Origin: Octopus bimaculoides | Lineage: Eukaryota | DNA: 60,401 nucleotides | NCBI RefSeq assembly: GCF_001194135.2 | Contig: NC_068994.1 | Coordinates: 37,872,513-37,932,913 of the forward strand | Direction of reading: 5' to 3' | Shown here: piece by piece, positions 26,633 to 40,235 of the stretch | How positions within the stretch are numbered: the first letter of the stretch is position 1 | Layout of the letters: each line of letters begins with the position of its first letter | The notes under the pieces: generated by a model | The model's database searches: none | What the model was told of the DNA's origin: nothing | What the model saw: only the letters and a program-made list of their open reading frames with translations | Position numbers and translations under genes: made by a program

Positions 26633-26844
26633 GAAATATGTTACAAAAACAAAATAGACACTACACGTGGAAATGTAAGGGGAAAGTAAGAAGAAAAAAA
26701 AGCGAAAATGCACATTGGAAATCAAAAAAAGTAAAGGCTTTTTATGAAAAGTAACGATAGATATATACAATTAGATGAACTGAGGTAGCAATAAAAGTAA
26801 TAAAAGTCATTATTGTGAATTGTTAAAGAGATTCAAAAGCATAC

Positions 26845-26909
26845 CAGTTTCGTAAAATTACTGTTCACTGCTTTGAATGTGCACCGATTACTCAACGGTG
26901 TCGGGTCTA
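26845..26909 (-). CDS. Candidate internal exon, phase 1-0: (V)DPTPLSNRCTFKAVNSNFTKL
   Basis: Acceptor tagtattctag|, donor CTG|gtatgc. One open frame, CpG-rich compared with its flanks. Confidence 0.4.
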
Positions 26910-27774
26910 CTAGAATACTAGTATGTATNNNNNNNNNNNNNNNNNNNNNNNNNNNNNNNNNNNNNNNNNNNNNNNNNNNNNNNNNNNNNNNNNNNNNNNN
27001 NNNNNNNNNNNNNNNNNNNNNNNNNNNNNNNNNNNNNNNNNNNNNNNNNNNNNNNNNNNNNNNNNNNNNNNNNNNNNNNNNNNNNNNNNNNNNNNNNNNN
27101 NNNNNNNNTATATATATATATATACATACATACATACATACATACATACACATACATACATACATGCACATTCTTTTATGTGTTCTTTAATTTTACTGGT
27201 TTCAGTCATTGGATTGCAGCCATGTGGAAGCAACAGCTTTAAAGGTTTTAGTTAATCATATTAACCATAGTATTTAGTTCACTCTGGAATATGTTTTATT
27301 TATAACTATTTATTGAATGACATAAATTACATTTCTGACTTATAGGGATGTGATTTGACAAACAGGTTGACACTGGTATACTCAAACTAAGTTACACACG
27401 CATAAGCCTATTAAAGGGTTTTTGCAAAGATTCCATCAACAAATTCCACTCACAGAGCTTTGGTTAACTGAAGACTTTAGTAGAACCCAATTACCTAATG
27501 TGCCTCACAATGGAATCAAACTCAGAAACAAATAATTGCACATGGTTATGTCTGTGGCTATATAAGAAATAATAAAAAATTAAAAAAAAGAAGCTGATGT
27601 TAAAGCAGTAAAGAAACATTAAGCAGAAAATTTGTCTGTACCAATATTGTAAGCTTTTTGCAAGAGTTACTACTCTAAATCTTCACTAATATTTCTGTCA
27701 CAATCTATATTTTCATCTTTTTTTCTGGACTGTTGTCAACATGATAGATCCTCTACTTTCAGTTGGGCTGGAGT

Positions 27775-27931
27775 CAGGGACAGACTGAGCCATCAGTCAA
27801 TTGGGCACTGTCCAAGGGCCCGGAACTCTGAAGGGCCTGCACTCTACATTTTAACTCTCTTTGATATCAATGCTAAGGGGCCTGGTGAACAGTTATGCCT
27901 GAGGGCCCTTAATACTCTCCATCTGCCCCTG
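27775..27931. mobile_element. hAT-type MITE
   Basis: TIRs cagggacaga / tctgcccctg (9 of 10 match). Putative 8-bp TSD gctggagt (27767-74) versus gttcgagt (27932-39), 6 of 8 match. Confidence 0.75.
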
Positions 27932-27939
27932 GTTCGAGT

Positions 27940-28440
27940 CTTGGCTCACCATCGAAATGTATCATTGTTGTGTGTCTTTTCTGTAAGTATTTCCATGGTC
28001 GTTGCTCTGATGAACTTTCTTGTCTATCACCCTCTGCCAAGACCTTTAATCCTACAGCATTCTGATTAATCTGTCAAATGTAATGCTTATTTATTCCCAT
28101 TGTTTTGAATTAATCATACATTTGAATTAATCTTGTAGCTTTGAGATTTTGATGATGTGATTACTTATTTTTAGAATGACATAGTAGGGTAGATGTGAAA
28201 GGTCAGATCTGTCCAGTTTGAACATACAATAGAATATTTGGGCCTGATATGGCTGGTTTAAATGCTAAAGGGTTAAATATGTCACCTGCTTCTCTTCCCG
28301 GGTATGTTGTTTCTCTATTGAGCTTTCTGTTAGTCACAAGTTCTTCAATTCTAATATCTTCTTCTCTTGAATTGTTGCTCTCTGGAACGATAGTTAGTCC
28401 TTTAAGATTTCTGTCAGTCAACATCTTTTAAATTTGGAGT
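27940..28440 (-). mobile_element. Highly decayed RTE LINE C-terminal remnant, interrupted by the TTAA MITE
   Basis: After removing the MITE, frames give IEELVTNRKL...KQVTYLKVLAE...KFIRATT, resembling the RTE C-terminus LE.LVT.GK..GKR.RGRQ..TYL..L.E....IRAT. Confidence 0.45.
28046..28276. mobile_element. TTAA-flanked MITE family 1 (piggyBac-like termini)
   Basis: TTAA-tcctacagcatt ... aatgctaaaggg-TTAA. Second copy at 33523-33752. Confidence 0.85.
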
Positions 28441-30189
28441 CTCTTGGGTATCTTTGTGTTTGTTCTTTCAACCGGTGACAGCTGGTTATGGTTTGTTTAT
28501 GTTCCTGTAGCCTAGTGATTTGGCAAACAACAGCAATAATACCAGATTTTAAAATGAATACTGGGATCGATTTGTTCAGCTAAACCCTTCAAGGTTGTGC
28601 TCCAGCTTGGCTGCTTTCAACTGACTAAAACTTTATAATTAGATTATGCAAGATTTTTCAATTTGATGGTGTCCACTAAGAGAAATAAACTTTTATTACC
28701 TTCCAGAACAGGTAAGATTGCTTTTCTTTTTATGATGTATGTCTTAGATTCAGTACTAATAAAAACAAACTGAAAGGTAAAAAGGCAACCCAATTACCAC
28801 AGAATATATGAATGGAACAGAGTGTAAAAAAAATCAACTCAGTAGCCAGCAGTCATAAAATTTCAGAAAATGGTCAGCAATGAAAGATTTTACCATCAAG
28901 AGATGCACCAATGCACCTTATTGAAGATTTTATTTTTTTCATTACAAACAATGAAAAAAATATCTCAGATGCATACTCTGATAATTGTCCTTGAAGTAGA
29001 ATGAAATTTGCTAAAGGGTTAGCTTTTTGACAAGTAGTAATTTTTTAATGTTATGAAAAAAATCTTTCAAAATTCTTTTAGTATGTTATCTTTTCAGGTA
29101 AATTTAGATTAACTTGCCTCATGGTAGTATCATAAACATCTAAGAAAATCAAATGAAAAATTCAAGCAAGATTCTTTTATTCTTCTATGTGTTCCAACCC
29201 AAAGGCAACGGTTATGCTGGGGCACTGCCATTGTCAACATCTGGGAAAAGATTTTTTTAGTAGTGATAATATGGGTGTGTTTACTCATCAATATGATAAA
29301 AATCTTTAGTGTCTGCAATGAAAATGTTATTACACAATATTTCCAAAAAGAAATTTCAAAATTTCCCCTTATCTTTCTGTAGTAGTTACTTATTCCAAAC
29401 AGGCTGTATTGCAACTTAGAAATACACCTGGCCATTCTAGAAAAATCAGTTTTTAAACTTTTTAGTCAGGAAACAAGTCAGTACCTGTGACTCTGGAGAG
29501 AGGAAGAGTATCCTCAAACCAGAAAGACCAAGCCTGTACGCTTGCCACAGAATAATCAAGAGGTAGTCAAGGTGTTAGTTAGCTATTAAACTGGGCAGGA
29601 AACTAAGACTACAACCCATCTTGGGCAAATCTGAACTTTAAAACCAAAGAGTCAAACAAGTATTGCAAGGCATCCAATCCAATATCCTCACTGTTTTGCC
29701 AAGCCATTGTGTTGAACTGGTACATTTTTTTGTTATCAATCCCAAAGCATAAGTGAGAGTTGGAATAAATGCCACGAGGCATTCTATCTGATGCTATAAC
29801 AACCTTATCAGTTCACCACATTAGATGAGTTTTTCCAATTTCAAGAAAATGAAGCACTTCTTTGACCAGAGCAGTTTTCATATTTAAACCCTATGGAAAA
29901 ATGTAAAGCCACTCATTATATTAAACTGAAAAGAACTTTTAAAAGCAAGAGTTTTTTAGAAGTTGGTAGTTCAGAAATAATTTACAAATTAGAAATGGCA
30001 TTATTGAAAAATGCTTGCATGTTTCAATAATATAACACAAATATCGATGGCTAAATTTTAGTTATAAATAAACATAAATTTTATTGATTTAATTTCAAGA
30101 AAGATGCTATTTTTTAAATTTATTCATTCCCAGTAGAGTTTGATAACAGTGACCATGAATTCAGAACACTAGTGTTAGCTCTGTTCATA

Positions 30190-30575
30190 TGGTAAAAACT
30201 GTATGGGTAGAGCTATCAACAATATTTTGTTCACGTGAAGGGGAAGCATAGCTATTGTATATGAAAGATGCACAAAAACTGGAATCAAATGAGACACGTG
30301 TAAACCACTAAATGGATAACGCAAGTGTAACTAACATCAGAGCACAAATGAGCAGAGAGAGAACTGAGTATAAGAGAAATCAGGTGTTATATGCAAGAGA
30401 GAAGACTGAGGTGGTACAGACATGTGATGCACATGAAAGATGACAGTTGGGTAAAGAAATGCCAAGAGATTCAAGTAGAAGAATTCTGCTGAAGAGATAA
30501 ACCGAGGAAGATACAAGAAGTGGTGAAAGCTGATCTCCTGAACCTTATGAAGGAAACGAATGATTTCATACATGT
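30190..30575 (+). mobile_element. RTE LINE 3' coding fragment
   Basis: QERRLRWYRHVMHMKDDSWVKKCQEIQVEEFC*RDKPRKIQEVVKADL matches the RTE C-terminal RRLRWFGHV.RM...WVK...VEG...RGRP.K.W..VV..DL motif. Confidence 0.85.
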
Positions 30576-31420
30576 ATATTCAAGATTCATTCTTTCAATT
30601 TATTATTTCACTTTGACCTTGTCTATAGCTCCAAAATAATGTTTAACTCTCCATAAATAAATTCATGTGTCTTCTACTATGGTCCCAGGGCTTAGTAAAC
30701 CAGCTAAAGATTTATGAGAAGATTTGATAGACTGGAAACTAAAAGAACCATACCCTATATACACATATATACATACTCATGCACATATGCACACACACAT
30801 ACACAGAGGTGGGGAAATAGAAAGCAATTGTTCAAATGAAAATATTCAATGGATATGTTATTAAAAAAAATGCACTTTAAAGCTAAATGAAGGTACATAT
30901 AGCCTTTGACAAGTTACAGATATCAAAGGCCATTTTTGTAGTTAAGGCAATATTTTTTTTTAAATAGATTATTTCCCTAAGTAACTAAAGTATTTTTCTT
31001 TAAATAACAATTCTAAAAAGAAGAAAATAGATAAAATAATATATCAGAGCAAAAAATTATTCTCTACTTCCAGCCTTCTTTGCTAGTTCATAGAGGTAAA
31101 AATGTGGCTTAATGCAGAAAATCAATAACATCCTTCTCAAAAAGGCAAAATGAATCAGAAAAATATTTCTGTTTGACTTAACAAATAAGTTCCTTCTCTA
31201 TAGCCCCCAACACATTCCAATTTTTCAGTTCAACGGCCACTTAAGCTATAAAGTCCACCTTAGCTGCTGGATTTTTTCCTTGCTTTCAGTTCTGTTCTAA
31301 GCTTTCATGTATAAGATGAGAAATGATAACTGTAATTATATCCCTTAAAGAAGCGACATATGAAATTAAAATTTTCATTTCGGCTATTACAGCTATTGAA
31401 ACTGAGGAAAGCTACATATG

Positions 31421-31452
<32 letters not shown>

Positions 31453-31740
31453 CACGTATTTATCTATATATTTATATACATGCAGATACATTTTATTTCC
31501 ATCAAAACAATATTATCATTGATAAAGTGGCAGTAGTATTGAGTAGTCAGTCTAGTGTGAACCTACTTTTACAACTAAGTGGCCATCTTCAAACCTACAT
31601 TTAGCAAGCCACACTTCAATGTACTTTTAGCTCGCCATTCTCAAATATATTTCCAGCTAGCCATCCTTGAATATACTTCTAACTAAACAGCATTTAATAT
31701 ACTTCTAGCTTAGCATTTTCATATATACATACATATATAT

Positions 31741-31785
<45 letters not shown>

Positions 31786-31824
31786 CATATATATATATAT
31801 ATGCATATACATATATACATATAT

Positions 31825-31877
<53 letters not shown>

Positions 31878-33269
31878 CATAAATACATTCATATGTGTGT
31901 GTGTATGTGTGTGTATATTTTAATTATCTATCCTAAATACTTTATTGCTGTATAATTTGTAAATGAATAATTTGAAAGCTATGGATTCCAGGATTCAAAC
32001 AGTTTTGTGATGGCTGTTAATTAAATTAGTAAATCAAATTAAATGTTCTTTTTCTTTACAATTAATTTCACGTTTCATTGAAAGAAATAACAGGCATTAG
32101 ATGAAAAATTCAGAAGATTAGTAATTTAATTAAGCAACTTATAAATGTAATAGAAACAAAGTAACTGAATGATAAGGATGCTGGGCATATAAAGTAATTG
32201 GTCAAAGGTTCCAGTCATACATTGCATGGCAAAATATTTGATTCCATTTGCATCATTTTATAGAATTGGTTAAAATTTGTTATATTCAACTGAGTTGTCT
32301 TTATTCCAATGTTCTTTTTTGCATTTTGTATAGTGTGAGAACAATGAAAAAGTACAAGATGAAGTACAGAGGTAGATCTAATCAATTAAGAGAAAAAAAA
32401 TCTTGAAAGTGTTACTCCAGCATGGTCAATGTCCAATGACTAAATCTAGTAGAAGGGTGAACATATGGTGGCAAATTGAATTGTTTGGGCATTCACAATA
32501 TTTGTTCCAACTCCCAGCACTTTCTGCACAAGTTCAAATCCTGCCGCAGTTAACTTCACTTTACATTCTTGTGGTTCAGTAAAAAGAATCAGCCCAGGAC
32601 AATGGATTGGCAGAACTGTAAGAGTTGGTTAAGATGCACTGCAGTATCCATTCTAGTTCTTTGTTTTCTGGCAACAATGCCTACAACAACACTGGTACCA
32701 AGCCATATAGGCACAAGTTGTTAGGTTTCCCCCTGAATAAACATCAGTGGGTAGGAGAAATTTCAGCATTGTCGTTTTGGTACTGTCTATTTGGTGTCAC
32801 TGATTCATTGCTGACTTATTTGATATCAAATCTTTTAATGTTTTTCTAATTCTAGCCCTCTCCCCACCTCACTCTTTCTCTCTCTGATTATATGTGTGAG
32901 CATCTAATTATGTTTGTAATGTCTCTCTTTCTTCCCCCTCTCTCTCTCTCTTTCACTCTCACTCACTCTATCTGTATTGAATATCTCTGCACATGCATGG
33001 ATGGGCGGGGTGCTGTTTAACTCCTATGTCCATTTAGCTGAGCCAAACTTTAGCATCCAAGCAACTGTGTTTAATCATCTCACTGCCAGCATCAGTGGTA
33101 TAGAAAGGAGAAACTTACCTGCATGGACAATTGCCTATTTTCATTGGATTATCTCACCTTGGCCTGCACGCACGCACACACACACACACATATACAGGTA
33201 CATGGTCGCCTTGACCAGTGGAAGTGTAAACAGTCCAACTGAGACTGACCATAGTTCCATTATATAAAA

Positions 33270-33445
33270 CTTTTACCTGGTGGCACTTAAAAAGCACCCA
33301 ACACACTCTGTAAAGTGGTTGGTATTAGGAAGGGCATCCAGCTGTAGAAACCAGGCCAAAAAAGACAATTGGAGCGTGGACAGCTCCTGTCAAACCATCT
33401 AACTCATGCCAGCATGGAAAATGGATGTTAAACGATGATGATTAC
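33270..33445 (+). mobile_element. RTE-type 3' tail fragment
   Basis: aaaaagcacccaacacactctgtaaagtggttggtattaggaagggcatccagctgtagaaa...gccagcatggaaaatggatgttaaacgatgatga. Confidence 0.85.
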
Positions 33446-33522
33446 AATGAGTTATTCTGCTAAAGCTCAGAAACTTCTTAATTGTTATCAACATAGGCAA
33501 TGTACTTATGATTATGAAAGAG

Positions 33523-33752
33523 TTAATCCTTTAGCATTCACATCATTCTACCAAAAGTAATGCTTATTTATTCTCATCTATTCTCATTGTTTTAAATTAA
33601 TCATGCCTTGTAGTTTTAAGATTTTGATGAAGCAACTTTTAATTTTTAGAGAGTTGTAGGGTTGGTACGAGAGGCCACATCTGGCCAGTTTGAATGTAAG
33701 ACAGGTCAAATATTTGGGCCAGATATGGCTGGTTTAAATGCTAAAAGGTTAA
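33523..33752. mobile_element. TTAA-flanked MITE family 1
   Basis: TTAA-tcctttagcatt ... aatgctaaaagg-TTAA; colinear with 28046-28276. Confidence 0.85.
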
Positions 33753-33774
33753 CCAGCCAGCCAATATGATCACA

Positions 33775-33925
33775 GTGAGAGTTGTGTGGTTAAGAAGTTT
33801 GGTCTACAGCCATATTATTTAGAGCTTTATCCCACTGAGCACTACCTTGGACAAATGTCTTCTGGAATCAACTCCAAATGACCAATTCCTTGTGAGTGAA
33901 ATTTCAAAGAAACTGTTTGGAATCT
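33775..33925 (+). mobile_element. SINE family B, decayed
   Basis: tgtgtggttaagaag...ccttggacaaatgtcttct...ccttgtgagtgaaattt. Confidence 0.7.
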
Positions 33926-34570
33926 GTGAGAGGGATGTTCTGATTTTCGGGCACTTTTTCTGGGGTGTTTATGTATTTGTGTTCATGTGAGTGTGTTGGC
34001 ATGAATATTTGCATGTGTGTTTGCGCATGAATGTATGTATTAGGGTGGTAGTGAAGGTTAAATGTAGGTGATATTTCAAGTAAGAAACAAACAATTATGC
34101 AATTTCAAATTAATCTAAATGCTAATTCGGTTGTAGCAGCAGCTGCAGTAGTAGTTGCACCAATGGAAGCAATACTAAATCTATCAGCAGCTGTAATAGT
34201 AGTAAGTAGTAGCTGTTGTCACATAGTGACAGTTCAATCTCGATTGACCAGGCCTATAATCAAGGTATTTCAGTCATATTGATGCCATCTTTTACTACAC
34301 TGAGGACCACATAGTTCAATAAGTCCTTCCTTTTATAAAATGAGAGGATAAAATTCAAGAGAATTTGGTTGCTATTGCTAGCAGGTTGCACGATCACCTT
34401 GAGGCTCTCTATAGTAGTAATAGTAGTAGTAGTAGTAGAGAAAAGATGTTTTGGATGGTGTTAAACAAATATAGTATAGTGGCAGTAACATTCAGAAATA
34501 TAATGATATATTATTGGCCACCATGAATCAAAAGTATGAAATAAAAGTAAATAATAATGACAATAACAAC

Positions 34571-34621
<51 letters not shown>

Positions 34622-36384
34622 TCAGCAACAACAATAATAATAAAGTGAAAAGAAAAACAACAATAGAAAACAATAACATTCTGACTTCTGAACAGTAATA
34701 TTTAAAGCTCTGAAACCAAATTAAGCAAGCCCAAACTAATAATAGAATATTATCTCTCCCCCAAGCAAAATCCAATATGTGACTTCTGTGGGAAAAAAAA
34801 TGAATAAATAATAAAAAAGTAAAAATGGGAAAATATATATGAAATCAAATTTTTTTTCTGTTTTTAAATGAAAGTATTATAGAAATTATTTTATATATAT
34901 ATTTATTATTTATGTATTTTTGATTTGCTTAAAAGACTCTGATAAACTGATTTAGAAATCAAATAAGTATAATGTAATATTGGATTACTTTAAACGAGAA
35001 CTAGATCCAAGCTTTTTCCTTTGCTTTTTGTTTCTTGTTTCTTTTTTTGGCTTTTTTGGAAATGGAAAATATCTTCTATAGTTGAATGCTTTTCATTTGA
35101 ATTTCTATGAATAATCCTTGAATGAAAACACTATAATTTCTCACTTCTACACTTCTAACAACTGAAAACATTGGAGTCTCTCAGCATTATCAGGTGCTAT
35201 GATTGTGATGACAGTGGTGGAGAGATTAGAAACAGGGTATGAGATGGTGAGAAAGACAGAGAAAGAGAGAGAGACAGAAACAGAGACAGAGACATAAAGG
35301 AAATTTCTGGTTATGTGCATTGATTGAATATTTCTGTGGGTAAAACAAGTATAGAGAGGGGTAAAGTAAATAGCCGAGAAAAGGTAGAAATGAAATGACA
35401 AAAGAAAAAAAAATTCAGAATAAAATTGAAGAATATAGAAAAATTTATTATAAAAATGTGAAAATAAAATATGAGTGCTAGAAAGAATTTAATAAAGAAT
35501 TTAGATATATTGATTAAATATCCATTTGTGAGAGATTCTATACTGTAAAGTAAGTATGGAAAAATGTTTTTGTTGTGATGAACAAATGTATTTTTATATC
35601 AAGTTAATACCTAATGAAAGCAGTACCTCCAGCTCTAATTCTAAGAAAGTATTGACCCAAATGTAATGAATAACAAATCTTGAAAATTGCACAAGACTTA
35701 TGATTTAACTAAATCAATCACTAATCAATCATCAAGAAATTACACAGTAAAGTTTGTGAGTTTGTGAGTTTGGATAAGTTTGTGACGTGAGAAGAGGAAT
35801 GTAACATATTTGCATTTAATTCTTCTTCTAAGTGAGAAATTTTTTAAAAATATTTTTGTTTCTCTCTGGCAAAAACATCAAATTTCTTCCAAAACATCAG
35901 ATTCCACATCTACTCATGGCATAAGTTTTTGTCTAAAACCACAAAATTACTTGAATAAAGTTTACCAATGAAAACCACCAACAGTTTCATGCGAATCTCT
36001 TTTACTCTTTTATTCTGTTGTTAGTTCCAGTCATTGAACTGTGGCCATTCTTGGGCACAATTTTGAAGGGTTTAATCAATTAAATCAACCAAGTATTTTA
36101 TTTTATTTCATTCTTGATATTTATTCTATCTTCCTTCATATTTCCAAATCACTAAGTTACAGGGAAATGAATAAACAAATACAATTTGTCATGTGGTGTT
36201 TGTTTGAGAGAGAGAGAGAGAGATGTAAACATACAGACATGCACGCACTCACACACATACAAACACAGATATAATATACACACTAGGTTGGCATGAGAAA
36301 GAGCATCCAGTCATAGGTGGTGGCGGTGGTGGTGAGGAGGAGGAAAAAGTGGTTACGATGATAATGATAATAATGATGGACTTC

Positions 36385-36530
36385 TGCATAGTTCCATCTA
36401 CTAATTTCACATGCAAGGCTTTAGTCACTTCAGGGCTAGAGTAGAAGTCACTTGTCCAAGGTGCAGTGCAGTCTGGTAGGATCAAACTACAAACCCCATA
36501 ATTTCAAAGTAAACTTCTTAACACACGCTT
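36385..36530 (-). mobile_element. SINE family B, partial
   Basis: Reverse complement of the head and CORE-like block. Confidence 0.7.
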
Positions 36531-36754
36531 ATGCAGACCTCTGTGTGTTAGTGTTCTTGTTGTCACTTTGATTGGTCAGCCTTAGATTGAAGATTAACAA
36601 TGGTTAAAGAAGATTAAAAAGTTAATTTGGTGTTTGAATTTTCACAGAATATAATGACTATTCTGGTATGAATAAGTGACATAGAAAGGAACTAAAACAA
36701 GATTCTGTTCTTTACTGAGAAGAATTTTGCTGTTAATTCTTTGGCCAGATAATA

Positions 36755-36962
36755 GTTTCAAATTTTGGCACAATATCAGCAATTTTGGAGGAAAAGGGGT
36801 GAATCGATTACCCCAGTGCTCAAAAGGTATTTATTTTATCGAAATGGATGAAAGAAAGGCAAAGTTAACCTCAGTGGAATTTGGACTCAGAACATAAAGA
36901 TGGATGACACACTGCTAAGCATTTTGTCCAGGATGCTGACAATTCTTCCAGATCACCACCAT
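36755..36962 (-). mobile_element. SINE family A
   Basis: Full motif set in reverse orientation. Confidence 0.85.
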
Positions 36963-37086
36963 CAACCAAATAATAATAATAATAATGTTACCCACAATAA
37001 GTAGGTACGTGCTTGTCCAGAGTAATTGCAAGGTCAAAGTGAACCTTTCAAATATATGACTGAGATCAGGAATGAAAATTTCTTAC

Positions 37087-37148
37087 CAGAATATTGTCCA
37101 ATTGGTGGCGGGGGGTGTTGTTTAAAGAAATCATGAATGTTTAAAGGT
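37087..37148 (-). CDS. Candidate internal exon, phase 2-1: PLNIHDFFKQHPPPPIGQYS(G)
   Basis: Acceptor tgtttaatttcatttaaag|, strong donor CTG|gtaaga, one open frame, GC-richer than its flanks. Confidence 0.5.
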
Positions 37149-38039
37149 CTTTAAATGAAATTAAACAGAGTAAAATGTGTTAAAGTAAAAATACAAATAC
37201 TAATAATAATTAATTAATAAAGCTATGAGTACAATAAAGAAGAGCAAGAACACAAACATTTAAACTATACCAGGGTTCACAATTCTACACACAAAATCCC
37301 CAAAATAGCCCTGCTAGACATAATGCATATCCTGTGTAAAATTCTTTCAATTCAACAATACAACCTTACATGATACCCTTTATTAATGAGTGTAATTTTT
37401 GTGTTTCCATGACCTTTTCAATTGTGTTTAAATGTTGGGAAATTTATTCCAATTAAAAATTAACGATTCTTTATCCAAGGAACTGTTTAACTCAATGTGA
37501 TATCTAGCATTGATAAAATTATTCCTTGGATCTTATGACAGGAAATATCTAATAAAAAGCAAAAATGTAAAAGGTAAATAAAGGAACCAATCAATTGGAA
37601 ATAAAGGTGAATTAATTCTAAACCTTTCAAAGAATCCTCCAACATATCATTTTTGAATATAAACTTTAAATTTTAGAAAAATGTTAATGTTGACTATTAC
37701 CAGACAAAATTTAACTTTATCATTAATAATTTTATCACAAATAAAATTATCATCATTATTGAATCGCTTAGTTTTAGGCCCAATGGTTCAACTTCATAAG
37801 CATATTACTTCACTTCAATTATTTTTCTCAATAGCTAATTACTGTCTAAGTTTAATTTCTTACGTTACACAATATCACTTTTGGTTCCCAACCTTTGATC
37901 ATGATGCAGTTCCTTTCTACTACATTTCTCTCTCTCTCTCTTTCCCTCCTCCTCACTTTCTCCTCTCTCTCTCTCTCTCATCTCCTCCCTCTCTCTCTGT
38001 ATCTTTCACTCACTCTTTCTCTCTGGGTGACCTCAATAG

Positions 38040-38230
38040 TATAGGTGGCACAGAAAAAGAACCCAGTCCACGCTGTAAAGTGGTCGTTGTTAGGAAGGGT
38101 ATCTAGCTGTAAAAACCATGCCAAAGCAGACATTGGAGTTCAATGCAGTCCACGGACACACCAATTCCTGTCAAACTGTCCAACCCCTGCCAGCACAGAA
38201 CATGGACATTGAATAATGATGATGACAATG
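38040..38230 (+). mobile_element. RTE-type 3' tail fragment
   Basis: gtaaagtggtcgttgttaggaagggtatctagctgtaaaaa...ccaacccctgccagc...(gat)n. Confidence 0.8.
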
Positions 38231-39559
38231 ATGGTGGTAGTGGTGGTGGTGGTGTGACATCATTTCTGTTGGTCAGAATTGATTCTGTATGTACAAGCCT
38301 GGACAAACTTATCATTTTTCTGTTTAAGATTATCAATTTTCCATGCCTGCAAGTTTTCTCATTCTATTCCTGTACTGATGTTGTCCAAGGGAAAAATCTA
38401 TCACTTTAGAGCCAATACAGCTTGACATCAGTGTCATTACTGCCAGGACACAAAAAGCCAGAATAAATACCAATATGGACACACACACACACAGTGCTCA
38501 TATTTCTGTATAGTTGACTTAAGGTTTTAAAATACCAACCTGCTTCAAACTGCTTCTGGTTCTATGATACAAGTTTCATGATTTAAAGCAGTGAAAATTT
38601 AAATCTTTCATCAAAATTTCATTTTAATTTATATTGTAGCTTTTAATTTACATTCCAGTTTAACAATGACAATGTCATTTTACCAAATTCTTCATTATAT
38701 TGGAAATTAATTGAAACAGTGACAGTATTTTTCAGTACAAATATGGTAACGTGATTGATTTAACACTACCATTTGGCCCATGGATTCCTTGTGTGGAATC
38801 TACTCTGTTTTAAGTATTTGGGCCTGGTCTTACTCCCACTGGTTTGTGAAGGATCATGAGTGCTACCTTTCTATTTTGTTACCATATTTCTGTTGAAATA
38901 CACTGCCATTTTTTCAGTTAATTTTTCAATCTTTTTGAGACACACAATGTTTTGGTATGTGTAGCCAAAAAGGCCAAAAACTTTTTTCTGTTGAGATTGA
39001 AATTGGTGGGTATGTGTAGAAAATAAAGGATAAAGTGCTGAAACTACTTCATTAGTATGTAAAACTATATACATTATGAATGCTTATAAACATATGAAAG
39101 CTTATTCATCTATCACAATAAGAAAACCTAAATCAACACAATACATGTAAATAAATAAAATAATTAGCATAAACGTTTCTGTGACAACCAGAAATATATT
39201 GACTGAAAGACGATATCTGATTGGCTATAAAATTTCAAGACCAACCATTCATAACATTTGTTTCACTGGGCTGATGGATCAGCTTCAAAGTCCTTTCAGC
39301 TTGTATCACTTAGGACAATCAATTGGCTCAGGTGTCCCAAGAGGATTAAGGTAATAAATAATTTTATAAAATAACTTTATCATTATTAAGTTGTTTGGAA
39401 CATATATTTAAGATGAAATTCTGAGAGGTTCTCATTAAGACTACTTTAAAACAGAAAGTTTTTAGCATAGAACTATGTGATGTCTCAGGCAGGCTCATAT
39501 CAAAAGGGCTCAAAACAACACCTAATGACAGAATTTTTAATTAAATAATTGTTTCTAAT

Positions 39560-39770
39560 ATAGGTGGCACAAGACCTAAAATTAGTTGAGAATTAGTAAA
39601 TTTTATTGACCTCATTAGTTTACTGGCACTTAATTTTATCAAACCCAGGAGAATGAAATGTAAAGCTGATCTCAACAAGATTTGAACCCAAAATGTAATG
39701 GGCTAAAACACATACTGCAAGAAATTTTCTTTGCTAATATCCCTTACAATTTCACCAATTCACTAACCCT
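39560..39770 (-). mobile_element. SINE family A, decayed
   Basis: Reverse family A motifs. Confidence 0.7.
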
Positions 39771-40146
39771 TGTCTTTAATTAAATAAATAACAGGAAAAA
39801 TTTATAAATTCTTTAACTTTAATTTTTACTGGAGGAATAGAAATGTAAATGTGAATGTTATTTAAAGGGAAAAAAAAAAATTCTTGAGACAGATGAATAT
39901 TTTCGTCTGCAAAGGCATTGCTTTGTTATTTGAAGCATGATGTGTCATTTTTAGAAATTATTCTGATTTAAGTGTGTACATGGTTGTATTCAAAAGCAGA
40001 ACCATCTCTACTGACATTTGCTTTGAAGTACTTAAATATTTATAGAGAACTGAGGTTTTCACTGGCTTTTATCAATAATGATGAGGGTTATGGCTAAGAG
40101 TTCTGTTTGTAATTCACACATCTTCCAATGTTATTTAATATCATAC

Positions 40147-40235
40147 TTGACCCAATTTTGGTTTATGAGTGTGACTTAACCTTATACATTCTGCCAGCTT
40201 GTCTTTGTTAACCGAGTAGAGATGATCACTTATAT
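40147..40235 (-). CDS. Candidate internal exon, phase 1-0: ISDHLYSVNKDKLAECIRLSHTHKPKLGQ
   Basis: Acceptor aattctatttag|, donor CAA|gtatga, open frame. Phase does not join directly to the neighbouring candidates. Confidence 0.25.

Noticed and set aside
33119-33163. Minus-strand exon with strong donor GCAG|gtaagt
   Set aside because: All three frames contain stops from the nearest acceptor. It could be non-coding or a start exon, but nothing else supports it.
35196-35238. Ly6/uPAR-like CYDC exon
   Set aside because: Only a 4-residue motif; no further Cys-rich exons were found.
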